Below are positions 19,528 to 27,548 of a DNA stretch of 64,000 bases, in pieces. Made by a program: the position numbers and the translations under genes. The stretch lies in NCBI GenBank assembly GCA_963712055.1, contig CAVQGN010000004.1, positions 291,813-355,812 on the forward strand. Direction: 5' to 3'. How positions within the stretch are numbered: position 1 is the first letter of the stretch; each line of letters begins with the position of its first letter. The notes beneath the pieces were generated by a model. That model was given only the letters and a program-made list of their open reading frames with translations, was not told where the DNA came from and searched no databases. The DNA is from an uncultured Chloroflexia bacterium (GTDB lineage Bacteria; Chloroflexota; Chloroflexia; Thermomicrobiales; UBA6265).

Positions 19528-20424
19528 ATGGATCAATCAGCGAAGTATCGAACGGTCGACTGTTTAACCATGATCGAGCAGCGCCTGCCGGCGTTACGGG
19601 GTGCATCTCGCAAAGTGGCAGAGGCTATTGTGCGCGATCCGTGGGCGATTCTGGGCATGACGATCTATGACGTCGCCGAAGCCGCAGACGTCAGCCTGCC
19701 ATCGGTTACTCGCTTCAGTAGGGCGGTCGGTTACCCGGGTTTCCGTGAACTCGTCCAGGGGATCGCGCAGTCGCTTGGACGGACGGAAACGAAGGACCTT
19801 GAGGGATTGAAATGGGTGGAGGGCGAGGATTCCGGTCTCCCCTCAGGTTTCGTGGGAGAAGTCGTCCGGCGGCAGATCGATGCAATCCAGACTACTGCCC
19901 GGACACTCAAACCCGAAGCTCTTGCCGAAGCGACCGAAGCCATCGTGAAGGCCAGTCGCGTCACCACCATTGGGCACGGCGGAGCCTACGTGCCGGCGCT
20001 TGGAATGGCGGTGAAACTCAATTGGGGCGGGATTCCCGCGCATGCCAGCACGCCGGATCTGTTTACCAACCAGGCCATCGCAGTCGACAAAGACGATGTC
20101 GTCATCGGTATCTCGCACCAGGGTCGGACCCGCGAGATGATCGAGATGCTAAAAATGGCGAAAACGTTTGGAGCCACGACGATCGGGATCACGACCGTTC
20201 CGAATTCACCGCTGGCCGCAGTCTCTGACATCAAGATCTCGGTGCTGACGCCGGAAGTCGCACGAGCTGGAACCTTCCTGATCGCCTTCGACGCGTTGAT
20301 GGTGCTTGCCGATGTGCTGGCGGCTTCGGCCTCTGATATGAAATGGGGTGGGAATCCGCCGAATCGACCCGCTATGGTCGAATGGATCGAAACCCATTTA
20401 CGAACCGGCCCGCTTCCCATGTAG
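19528..20424 (+). CDS. MurR/RpiR family transcriptional regulator (HTH + SIS)
   Basis: VSLPSVTRFSRAVGYPGF HTH; DVVIGISHQG...TIGIT..PNSPL SIS domain. Confidence 0.92.
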   Translation: MDQSAKYRTVDCLTMIEQRLPALRGASRKVAEAIVRDPWAILGMTIYDVAEAADVSLPSVTRFSRAVGYPGFRELVQGIAQSLGRTETKDLEGLKWVEGEDSGLPSGFVGEVVRRQIDAIQTTARTLKPEALAEATEAIVKASRVTTIGHGGAYVPALGMAVKLNWGGIPAHASTPDLFTNQAIAVDKDDVVIGISHQGRTREMIEMLKMAKTFGATTIGITTVPNSPLAAVSDIKISVLTPEVARAGTFLIAFDALMVLADVLAASASDMKWGGNPPNRPAMVEWIETHLRTGPLPM

Positions 20425-20434
20425 GTGTCACGGA

Positions 20435-20532
20435 TGGCGAGGGTGCATGGGAGTCGAACCCACCGGCGCTGGGATCACCAACGCCCACACGGTTTTGAAG
20501 ACCGGGAGGGCCACCGGGCCCCATCCACCCCC
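20435..20532 (-). tRNA. selC: tRNA-Sec (anticodon UCA)
   Basis: Minus strand: acceptor GGGGGTGG/GCACCCTC with discriminator G and CCA; 6-bp D stem with CGGT loop; CTTCAAA anticodon loop; long variable arm GGCGTTGG/CCAGCGCC; T arm GTGGG-TTCGACT-CCCAT. This is the 8/5 fold. Confidence 0.95.
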
Positions 20533-20642
20533 ATTTTGATGGCGGCAGCATTCAGGATAGCGTTTTGTGCTGATTCGCGGTACTTTCATGACGATTCTGC
20601 GCAACCGGCTGAGGGAAACGTTCTCGGCGAGTGAAACAGCGA

Positions 20643-20906
20643 ATGAGTGCCTACGGCCCACCACAACCTAAATTTTCGGCATCCACGCCAGTAGTGTTCA
20701 TCGCCGGTATCGTCGTCGGGATTTTCCTGGGCTGGGTGTTCGACGGTTTGATAAGCATCCTGATCCGTCTCGGGTTTGTTGTTCTGCTGGTTGTCGCAGC
20801 TCTGTATCTCTATGGACGGTGGCGAGACTCGAAACAACCTCCCGACCGCGGAGATGGCATCTGGGATGCAGACTGGCGTGACCTCGACCCACGTCGGCGC
20901 CGGTGA
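20643..20906 (+). CDS. Small 2-TM hypothetical membrane protein
   Basis: Hydrophobic hairpin and a DADWRDL tail; GTGA overlap with the TSUP gene. Confidence 0.6.
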   Translation: MSAYGPPQPKFSASTPVVFIAGIVVGIFLGWVFDGLISILIRLGFVVLLVVAALYLYGRWRDSKQPPDRGDGIWDADWRDLDPRRRR

Positions 20907-21685
20907 CGACACTCCCAGCGACGACATTTCTCGCACTTGTCATCACCATGTTCTGTGTCGGAATCATCATGGGATTCATCGGCGCTGGTGGCGCCGGAGT
21001 TCTGTTGGCGATTCTTTCCGGTCCATTCAATCTGGAGATCGATACGGCGATTGGCACGGCGTTGGCTGCGATGTGCGTGGTCACGGTTTTTGGCGCGTTT
21101 TCCCACTATCGCGAGCGCAATGTCGATGTCAGGTCAGGATTGATCGTTGGCCTGACTGGGGTGGGAGGGGCTGCGATCGGAGCAACCCTGAGCCAGGGCG
21201 TGCCGGACAGCGTGCTCAAGATCGGCGCCGGTCTTGCGCTCTGGATGCTCGCGGCTTTGGTCTGGTTGCGAACCCGTTTCGTTAGCCAGAACGCTGCGGC
21301 AATCCTGAATGAACCGGGACCGCCGAGTCTGCGGACCGCCGTTGGCCTTGTCGGTCTCGGCGCTACGGGAGGAATCTCAGCTGGTTTTTTTGGCGTCGGC
21401 ATGGCGCCGTATCTTCAACTCGGTTTCCTCACGATTCCGCGCCTCAATCTTCGGATGACGATTGGAACCACCATGTGGGCGCTGGTTTTCATCGCCGCGT
21501 CTGGGGCGACGGTGCTGGCTTCCCATGGAGACATCTCGTTGCCGCATTTGGTCGGAGCGTTGCTCGGACTCTCGACAGGTTCCTTCACTGGGGCCAAGCT
21601 GACTGGGCGAGCGCCGATAGGCGTGCTCAGGCGAGCCGTGATTCTGGTTCCAGTTCTGGCGGGAGCAATGGTGCTGTTTCTCTGA
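20903..21685 (+). CDS. Sulfite exporter TauE/SafE (TSUP) family transporter
   Basis: GFIGAGGAG and GFFGVGMAP repeats, AIGT/TIGT, about 8 TM helices. Confidence 0.85.
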   Translation: MTTLPATTFLALVITMFCVGIIMGFIGAGGAGVLLAILSGPFNLEIDTAIGTALAAMCVVTVFGAFSHYRERNVDVRSGLIVGLTGVGGAAIGATLSQGVPDSVLKIGAGLALWMLAALVWLRTRFVSQNAAAILNEPGPPSLRTAVGLVGLGATGGISAGFFGVGMAPYLQLGFLTIPRLNLRMTIGTTMWALVFIAASGATVLASHGDISLPHLVGALLGLSTGSFTGAKLTGRAPIGVLRRAVILVPVLAGAMVLFL

Positions 21686-21850
21686 ATCGGCCTGGACAAA
21701 CGAGATGTGAAACGGTCTCGTGCACCTGATCGATACCTGATGAAAGGCTAGAATGATGATCGAAACCGCTGGTGGCGTCGGTTGAACGGTCTCGAGATGA
21801 TGATTCGTGTCTGATCGTTTTCACTAGAAGCGAAATGTGGAGGTATGGAA

Positions 21851-22162
21851 ATGCCCGTGACGTTCAACAAAGAGGATGTCCGCGAAGGACTCAAACATGT
21901 TTACGATCCGGAGATCGGTGTCAATATTGTCGATCTGGGACTCGTTTACGATGCCGATGTGTCCGATGAGGGCGATGTGCTGGTCACGATGACTCTGACG
22001 TCGCTAGGATGTCCGCTGGGTCCAGTGATCGTGCAGGAGGTCCAGGGCGCTTTGAAGGAGTTCCCCGGAATAGGGGAGGTCGACGTGAAACTCGTCTGGA
22101 GTCCGCCGTGGACCCCTGAACTGATGAGCGAAGACGCCAAAGACGAGCTGGGAATGTGGTAG
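21851..22162 (+). CDS. Metal-sulfur cluster assembly factor (SufT/PaaD, DUF59)
   Basis: DPEIGVNIVDLGLVY, MTLTSLGCP, PPWTPELMS; GGAGG RBS. Confidence 0.92.
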   Translation: MPVTFNKEDVREGLKHVYDPEIGVNIVDLGLVYDADVSDEGDVLVTMTLTSLGCPLGPVIVQEVQGALKEFPGIGEVDVKLVWSPPWTPELMSEDAKDELGMW

Positions 22163-22166
22163 TCGA

Positions 22167-22206
22167 TCCCGAACGCAGCTGACCTTCATCGAAGGCTGCG
22201 TCGGGA
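22167..22206. other. Stable hairpin after the SufT gene (terminator or mRNA stabiliser)
   Basis: TCCCGA-ACGCAGC pairs with GCTGCG-TCGGGA, with an inner CCTTC/GAAGG stem. There is no U-tract. Confidence 0.45.
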
Positions 22207-22254
22207 CGAGCAACAGGAGATGATCCGGTCTACAATTCCTGCGTGCTATCGTTG

Positions 22255-22364
22255 CCTCCCGGTAATCGGTTTGTACCAATGACTGGAAGGCTGCTCAGCA
22301 ATGAGCAGAGGGGGCGATTCGATACGAATCGCTGCGTTGTATGGTGTTCGAACGTTCCGGGAGG
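22255..22364 (+). promoter_or_regulatory. Candidate structured 5' leader RNA that sequesters the SD of the cupredoxin gene
   Basis: CCTCCCGG pairs with CCGGGAGG (the SD) and encloses the hairpins CTGCTCA-GCAA-TGAGCAG and GCGATTCG-ATA-CGAATCGC. TACAAT lies at 22231. Confidence 0.5.
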
Positions 22365-22373
22365 TTGGGCTTG

Positions 22374-22871
22374 ATGCGGAAACGCGTGTTCTCACTGTCA
22401 ATCGTGTCGCTTTTTGCGGTGCTGGCGCTTGTCGCCTGCGGCAGCCCAAGTGAGGAAATCGAGCCGACCGTGACGCGGATACCCGATGCCGCCAACGCGC
22501 CCGTTCTGACTCCGACTGGGGAGGCTGCCGATGAAGCCGCTTCTCCGGTTGTTGCTGCCGGAGACGCAACTGCCGCAGACGCGGCCGGGGAGGACGCCGT
22601 TGCCGCCGATGTCACCGTTGTATCGTATGACATCTATTTTGAGCCGACTGAGTTCACGATCGCCTCAGGGGAGACCGTTACGGTCTCACTTCCAAACGAA
22701 GGAGCCGCTCCGCACAACTTCGCGATTGATGAGCTCGATATCAGCGTCGACCTTGCTCCGGGTGAAACCAAGTCGGTTGACATCAACGCCGAGCCGGGTG
22801 TTTACGAGTACTACTGCAACGTTCCAGGGCATCGAGAAGCGGGAATGGTCGGGACTTTGACCGTCACATGA
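22374..22871 (+). CDS. Cupredoxin (type 1 blue copper) lipoprotein
   Basis: Lipobox LVAC, Ala/Asp linker, HN...YYCNVPGHREAGM copper ligands. Confidence 0.88.
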   Translation: MRKRVFSLSIVSLFAVLALVACGSPSEEIEPTVTRIPDAANAPVLTPTGEAADEAASPVVAAGDATAADAAGEDAVAADVTVVSYDIYFEPTEFTIASGETVTVSLPNEGAAPHNFAIDELDISVDLAPGETKSVDINAEPGVYEYYCNVPGHREAGMVGTLTVT

Positions 22872-23010
22872 ACGAGCGCGAGACTTGGATAGCCCTGGAA
22901 CATCTGATCGATCATCAGATTTCTTCCAATTTGCGGTACACTTCGGAAAGTTAACGTAGGCGATTCTGCGAACAAAAGCGAGTTAGAACGAACTAAAGGG
23001 AGGAAAGCGG

Positions 23011-24264
23011 ATGTCAGAAAAATCCGGTGCGGGTTGGGTACGAGGGTCGGGCAGACGGGATTGTCCACCTGGTTTTCCGGTCAAGGGAAATGAGCCCAGC
23101 AACATCTACTATGCGCCTGGAGACCCCGGCTACGCGCAGGTCATCCCAGAAATGTGCTTCGATTCAAACGAAGTTGCCGAGCGCGTGGGATTCACCCGCA
23201 CGGCCCACGGAGGGACTGGAGGCGGCGCTCCTGCTGCGGCGGCCGCTGCAACCGCTGGTTTCGTCAAAGCGCCAGGTGGACGGGACTGCCCGAAGGACCA
23301 TCCGATCAAGGGCAACGAACCGGCAAACGTCTATTACGAGCCCGCTGACGCTGGCTACGCCAAAGTTGTCCCAGAAGTTTGTTTTGCATCCGTTTCTGAA
23401 GCCGAGGCAGCAGGGTTCAAGAAGGTTGCTCCGAGCGCGGTGAAGACCGAGGTTCCGGCTGCGGCAGCTGCCGCAGCGGCACCGGTCAAGCGCGAAGAAG
23501 TCCGAGCAACCGAACCAGTGCGCAAAGCCGAGGCGGTCAAAGCTGCCGCGCCACCACCACCTCCACCGCCTCCACCACCTCCACCAGTTCCGGTGAAGTC
23601 GGACGATGGTGGCAGTATCTGGAAATGGTTGCTCCCGTTGTTGCTTGCTGGTGCCCTCGCACTTGGCGCCTGGTACTTCTTCGTCCGTGATGATGAGGAA
23701 GAAGCAACCCCGACGCCCGAGCCGACTGTCGAAGTCGTGACGGGTGCCGACGCTGCTACACCGGAAGTGACTACCGACGCCACTGTTGATGCAGGCGCTG
23801 ATGTTTCCACCGACGCGACCGTTGAGGCAGCTGGTGGTGTTGACAGTGCTGCGACCCCAGAAGCTGCGTCCGATGCTGCAATGGCGACTCCGGAAACCGA
23901 GGCTGTAACAGCCGCTGGAACTGACGCTGAGGCCACACCGATGGCGTCGCCAATGGCTTCACCGGAAGCGTCGCCGATGGCTTCGCCGGAAGCGGCCGAC
24001 GTGGTGACCGTGGTTTCAAAGGACATTTTCTTCGAGCCTACTGAAGTCAGGATTGCTGCGGACACCGACGTGACCTTCGTTCTTCCGAATGAGGGTGCTG
24101 CGCCTCACAACTTCGCGATCGACGAACTGGATATCAGTGTTGATCTTGCCCCGGGCGAGACCGGCGAAGTTGTGATCAACGCTCCTGCCGGTGAGTATGA
24201 GTACTATTGCAACGTGCCGGGCCATCGTGAGGCCGGTATGGTTGGTACGCTGATCGTCGAATAG
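23011..24264 (+). CDS. Membrane protein: two CPxxxPxKGN Cys modules, poly-Pro, TM helix, ATP/ASP linker, cupredoxin
   Basis: Two repeats of CP..P.KGNEP...YY.P....Y..V.PE.CF.S...AE..GF, 12 prolines, one TM helix, C-terminal HN...CNVPGHREAGM; GGGAGG RBS. Confidence 0.85.
   Translation: MSEKSGAGWVRGSGRRDCPPGFPVKGNEPSNIYYAPGDPGYAQVIPEMCFDSNEVAERVGFTRTAHGGTGGGAPAAAAAATAGFVKAPGGRDCPKDHPIKGNEPANVYYEPADAGYAKVVPEVCFASVSEAEAAGFKKVAPSAVKTEVPAAAAAAAAPVKREEVRATEPVRKAEAVKAAAPPPPPPPPPPPPVPVKSDDGGSIWKWLLPLLLAGALALGAWYFFVRDDEEEATPTPEPTVEVVTGADAATPEVTTDATVDAGADVSTDATVEAAGGVDSAATPEAASDAAMATPETEAVTAAGTDAEATPMASPMASPEASPMASPEAADVVTVVSKDIFFEPTEVRIAADTDVTFVLPNEGAAPHNFAIDELDISVDLAPGETGEVVINAPAGEYEYYCNVPGHREAGMVGTLIVE
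23551..23586 (+). repeat. CCN microsatellite encoding 12 consecutive prolines
   Basis: CCA/CCT/CCG run in frame within the 23011 CDS. Confidence 0.85.
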
Positions 24265-24284
24265 CGATCAGCCAGACCAGAACG

Positions 24285-24322
24285 AAAAGCGACCGGGACG
24301 TTTGTCCCGGTCGTTTGTTTTT
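24285..24322. terminator. Bidirectional intrinsic terminator
   Basis: AAAAGCGACCGGGAC-GTTT-GTCCCGGTCGTTTGTTTTT between convergent genes. Confidence 0.85.
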
Positions 24323-24329
24323 CCGAGTT

Positions 24330-24989
24330 TCAGATTGTTCTCGCTCGGATTTTCCATACCGATCCGCGCTGGCTGCTCTGAAATCTACTGTCGAAACGAT
24401 CGACGAGTGAACGCACATCGAGTGTTCCGTTCGTGGCTGACGGCACCCGTCCGAGCCAGCGTCGATGGATCAGTGATGCCAGGGTTGTGGCGCGATCGAA
24501 CCCGAATCCAGCTGATTGAATTGACACGATTGTGAGTCCCGCGAGCATCATCAGATCGTCGATGTCTTCTCGCGAGTAGGTGCGTCTCCAACCAGACTCA
24601 AGTGTTTGCAGGGGGCGCTTGCCGTGTCGGGTGATGTCGCGGAGATACCGGTATGTGTTTACCCCCTCAAATGGGAACAGGGAATGCGCGTTCGCTAGGG
24701 TCATGGTGACCACGCCTTCCGGGCGAAGGACCCTAACCACTTCCTCGAGGAGGAGGGTGTCCTCTTGGACGAATTCAGGGAGATGACCGATATCGATGTG
24801 GGTTATCGAGTTGGCCCGGACCGGGAGTTTGCTCCAGTCTATTAGCACTGTGCAGCTGTCGTGCTGCATGAAGACAGGAACCCTCCCGACGAGTTGGCCG
24901 GTGTCGGTGAACTCGAGCGTTGGCAGGAGATGGATCGCGTCCGGAAGCGCGGACCGAATGGCGAGTGTCGTGTGACCAACCTGTCGCAT
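24330..24989 (-). CDS. Class I SAM-methyltransferase-like protein (degenerate N-terminus)
   Basis: LPVRANSITHI...EEVVRVLRPEG resembles the Methyltransf_11 C-half; no GxGxG motif; GAGG RBS. Confidence 0.55.
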   Translation of the reverse strand: MRQVGHTTLAIRSALPDAIHLLPTLEFTDTGQLVGRVPVFMQHDSCTVLIDWSKLPVRANSITHIDIGHLPEFVQEDTLLLEEVVRVLRPEGVVTMTLANAHSLFPFEGVNTYRYLRDITRHGKRPLQTLESGWRRTYSREDIDDLMMLAGLTIVSIQSAGFGFDRATTLASLIHRRWLGRVPSATNGTLDVRSLVDRFDSRFQSSQRGSVWKIRARTI

Positions 24990-25069
24990 GTCAAACCTCA
25001 ATCGTATCGAGAAACTGTACCCTAGGGAACGGGGACAACCGGAGCGGATCGAATACAGGAGATATTGCA

Positions 25070-25750
25070 ATGGAACCGGGTTCTCTCCATCCCGTTTCAA
25101 GTGAGATGGTGGCCGACTTCCTGGCGTCTTTGCCGAATGGAGTCGAGGTGGACCTTACTACCGATTCCTCCCAGCAAGCACTCACCCGTGGACTCGGTTC
25201 CTGGTTGGCGGGGCGACAACCGGTTTTTGCTGCCGATGGATTGTCACTGACCGGATGGGAAGCACGAATCGATCGAGGTATCAGCATGATGTTGCGACCG
25301 CCTTCTCGCTTGTTTGCTGAAGCCGGGATGGCGCCGGAGCGAGTGCGGCGCCTGCCGATTCGAGTTGATCTCTACGGAGCGGTCATGGGTGGGTGCTACA
25401 TTCCTGCTCATCTCATTCCGCACGTCGAGGAACGGCTCGACCAGAAGCTCGCGGTAACCGTGCGCCGGATGATCGAGGCTGAGCTCGATCCGGTTCGGCT
25501 GCAATCGGTCATGATGGCGGCTGCTCGCTACGCTCGTGAAAACGGACTTGGACTGTACGAGGTTTCAGGGCTGATCGACTCCCAGGATCCTCACTCCTGG
25601 CCTCCGGGGGGAGTTGTCGTTTCCCAGCCTGTCGATCCCGAGGTTCTCGAGAGAATAGACGCTGTATTGCGTCCTCCGAAACCACCAGGCCGGGTCAAAC
25701 GGCTCCTGGGACGCCTGAATCCGCCCAATGGCAAGCCCGGACAGGACTAA
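25070..25750 (+). CDS. Hypothetical protein
   Basis: AGGAG RBS, typical codon usage, fills the gap before the hrcA promoter. Confidence 0.7.
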   Translation: MEPGSLHPVSSEMVADFLASLPNGVEVDLTTDSSQQALTRGLGSWLAGRQPVFAADGLSLTGWEARIDRGISMMLRPPSRLFAEAGMAPERVRRLPIRVDLYGAVMGGCYIPAHLIPHVEERLDQKLAVTVRRMIEAELDPVRLQSVMMAAARYARENGLGLYEVSGLIDSQDPHSWPPGGVVVSQPVDPEVLERIDAVLRPPKPPGRVKRLLGRLNPPNGKPGQD

Positions 25751-25752
25751 CC

Positions 25753-25782
25753 TTGACACGGGGTGGTCAACCTTGTTATTAT
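25753..25782 (+). promoter_or_regulatory. Sigma70 promoter of the hrcA operon
   Basis: TTGACA-N18-TATTAT with a TGn extended -10. Confidence 0.75.
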
Positions 25783-25789
25783 TCTCTTG

Positions 25790-25816
25790 TTAGCACTCTC
25801 GTTGAAAGAGTGCTAA
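25790..25816. promoter_or_regulatory. CIRCE element (HrcA operator)
   Basis: Perfect TTAGCACTC-N9-GAGTGCTAA. Confidence 0.98.
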
Positions 25817-25825
25817 AATACGCAG

Positions 25826-26902
25826 GTGAGTATGACCGAACCAGTAGACACGTCCCAAACCAATAGCGAGGATGCGCTTCTTTCGGAGCGACAGCAAGGT
25901 GTGCTGCGCCTTATCGTGCACGACTATGTGAAGCATGGGCGTCCCGTGGGATCGAAGCATCTCGCGGAGTCCTACCAGATCGGTGTGTCGCCGGCGACAG
26001 TGCGCAATGAAATGGCGGAACTCGAGTCCGCCGGTTTTGTGGAGCATCGGCATACCTCTGGTGGTCGAGTGCCAACGGACTCCGGGTATCGCTATTTCGT
26101 CGAAAACCTGATGCAGAACGTCGATCTTCCGGTCGGCGAGCAGATCATGATTCGGCACATGTTTCGACAAGCTGAGAATCAGCTCGAAGAATGGCCGGAA
26201 CTGGCGGCCGAGGTGCTGGCGGATATCGCTGGCAATGTGTCGGTCGTTAGCGCTCCCAGGTCGCAAACGGCGCGGGTGCGACAGGTCGACCTGATCTGCC
26301 TCCAACCGAAATTGGCGATGCTGATTCTGGTCACGCTGGAAAGCAACGTCCGTCAGGTCCTGCTGCATCTCCCGGAGGAAGTCTCTCGAGATGTCCTGTC
26401 GCTCACCGCGAATCGTCTTTCGGCAGAATGTTTCGGTCTGACTGGCGAGGAAATCGCTGCTAGACCCGCAAGTCACGATGAGATCGAGCGGATGGTCCGG
26501 GAGCAACTAACGGTTACGTTGCGGTCTATCGATGCTGCCGAGCAGACTCCATTCCGGAGCTCCGGGCTCGAGAACATTCTCGGTCAGGCAGATTTGACTG
26601 ATATTGAACTGCAGAGTGTGTTTGATTTGCTCCGTGGACGTGAACTCCTGACGGCTATTGTTCCCCAGTTGCAGCCCGGCCCGTCGGTGCAGGTATTCAT
26701 TGGAGATGAGAATCTCCCGGGTGCACTCAAGCGGCTTGGCGTGATCGTTGCGACGTATGGCGTTGGTGATGAGGTCACCGGCATGCTGGGGGTACTTGGT
26801 CCGACCAGAATGTCGTATTGGCGGACGATTTCAACGGTGCGATACATGTCTCGGCTGGTCAGCGATCTCGTCGCGGATCTCTATCCGGGAAACGAACGCT
26901 GA
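25826..26902 (+). CDS. hrcA: Heat-inducible transcription repressor HrcA
   Basis: PVGSK, SPATVRNEM, HTSGGRVPTDSGYRYFV, GPTRM; CIRCE upstream. Confidence 0.97.
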   Translation: MSMTEPVDTSQTNSEDALLSERQQGVLRLIVHDYVKHGRPVGSKHLAESYQIGVSPATVRNEMAELESAGFVEHRHTSGGRVPTDSGYRYFVENLMQNVDLPVGEQIMIRHMFRQAENQLEEWPELAAEVLADIAGNVSVVSAPRSQTARVRQVDLICLQPKLAMLILVTLESNVRQVLLHLPEEVSRDVLSLTANRLSAECFGLTGEEIAARPASHDEIERMVREQLTVTLRSIDAAEQTPFRSSGLENILGQADLTDIELQSVFDLLRGRELLTAIVPQLQPGPSVQVFIGDENLPGALKRLGVIVATYGVGDEVTGMLGVLGPTRMSYWRTISTVRYMSRLVSDLVADLYPGNER

Positions 26903-26926
26903 GCAGCGGAACGGAAGGAAGGTGAA

Positions 26927-27472
26927 GTGGAACCAATTCCCAGTGACGACCAGGATCAATTGACAGGGGAGGCTGAAGGCAGCGCCACCGCAAACGGCAG
27001 TGTCATGACGGAAGCCGATATCCTGCAGGTGATCGCAGAACGAGACAGTTATCTCGATCAGTTACAGCGTTCGCTCGCTGAGTTCGCAAACTATCGCCGG
27101 CGGGTCGAGCAGGATCGAATCAATGCACGCAGAATCGCCACCAGCGATCTTCTCTCAAGCGTCGTCCCGATCGCTGACGATTTCCACCGTGCGCTGGAAG
27201 CCATTCCGGCTGATCAGAGTGAAGCACCCTGGGTTATGGGTGTCACGCTGATCGACCGAAATCTCTCAAATCTTCTCGAACGGGAAGGTGTTTCGAAAAT
27301 CGATGCGCTCGGACAGCCGTTCGATCCATCGGTCCATGAAGCGGTAGCGGTCGAACCGGATTCTTCCGGCACAATCGTGACCGAGGTTTATCAGAATGGC
27401 TATCGCCATGGAGACACGCTTCTTCGACCAGCGATCGTCCGAGTGGGCGATCCTGAAAATGGGGAGGCGTAG
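26927..27472 (+). CDS. grpE: Nucleotide exchange factor GrpE
   Basis: AEFANYRRR, FDPSVHEA, GY...LLRPA.V.V. Confidence 0.96.
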   Translation: MEPIPSDDQDQLTGEAEGSATANGSVMTEADILQVIAERDSYLDQLQRSLAEFANYRRRVEQDRINARRIATSDLLSSVVPIADDFHRALEAIPADQSEAPWVMGVTLIDRNLSNLLEREGVSKIDALGQPFDPSVHEAVAVEPDSSGTIVTEVYQNGYRHGDTLLRPAIVRVGDPENGEA

Positions 27473-27548
27473 GTAGTAGACACTCTCAGTGTGAAGAATC
27501 AAAACGTTTTCATTTGTCGCAATTTAGCAGTTACAAGGAGAACCACCA

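Noticed and set aside
20435-20470. Genomic island integrated at the selC 3' end
   Set aside because: I saw no integrase and no duplicated tRNA 3' end in the window.
22220-22282. 20-codon CxxC mini-ORF (MIRSTIPACYRCLPVIGLYQ)
   Set aside because: The SD abuts the ATG and the ORF overlaps the likely promoter; there is no other support.
22903-22921. Inverted repeat ATCTGAT-CGATC-ATCAGAT as an FNR box
   Set aside because: The spacing (N5) and half-sites deviate from TTGAT-N4-ATCAA.
23935-23995. ATGGCGTCGCC-like tandem repeats as a CRISPR array or mobile repeat
   Set aside because: They are coding ASPMASP linker repeats, with no spacers or cas genes.
17352-24264. Selenoprotein (UGA readthrough) genes near selC
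   Set aside because: The catalytic Cys positions I checked are ordinary Cys codons, and the TGA stops fall at natural protein ends. This was a manual check only.
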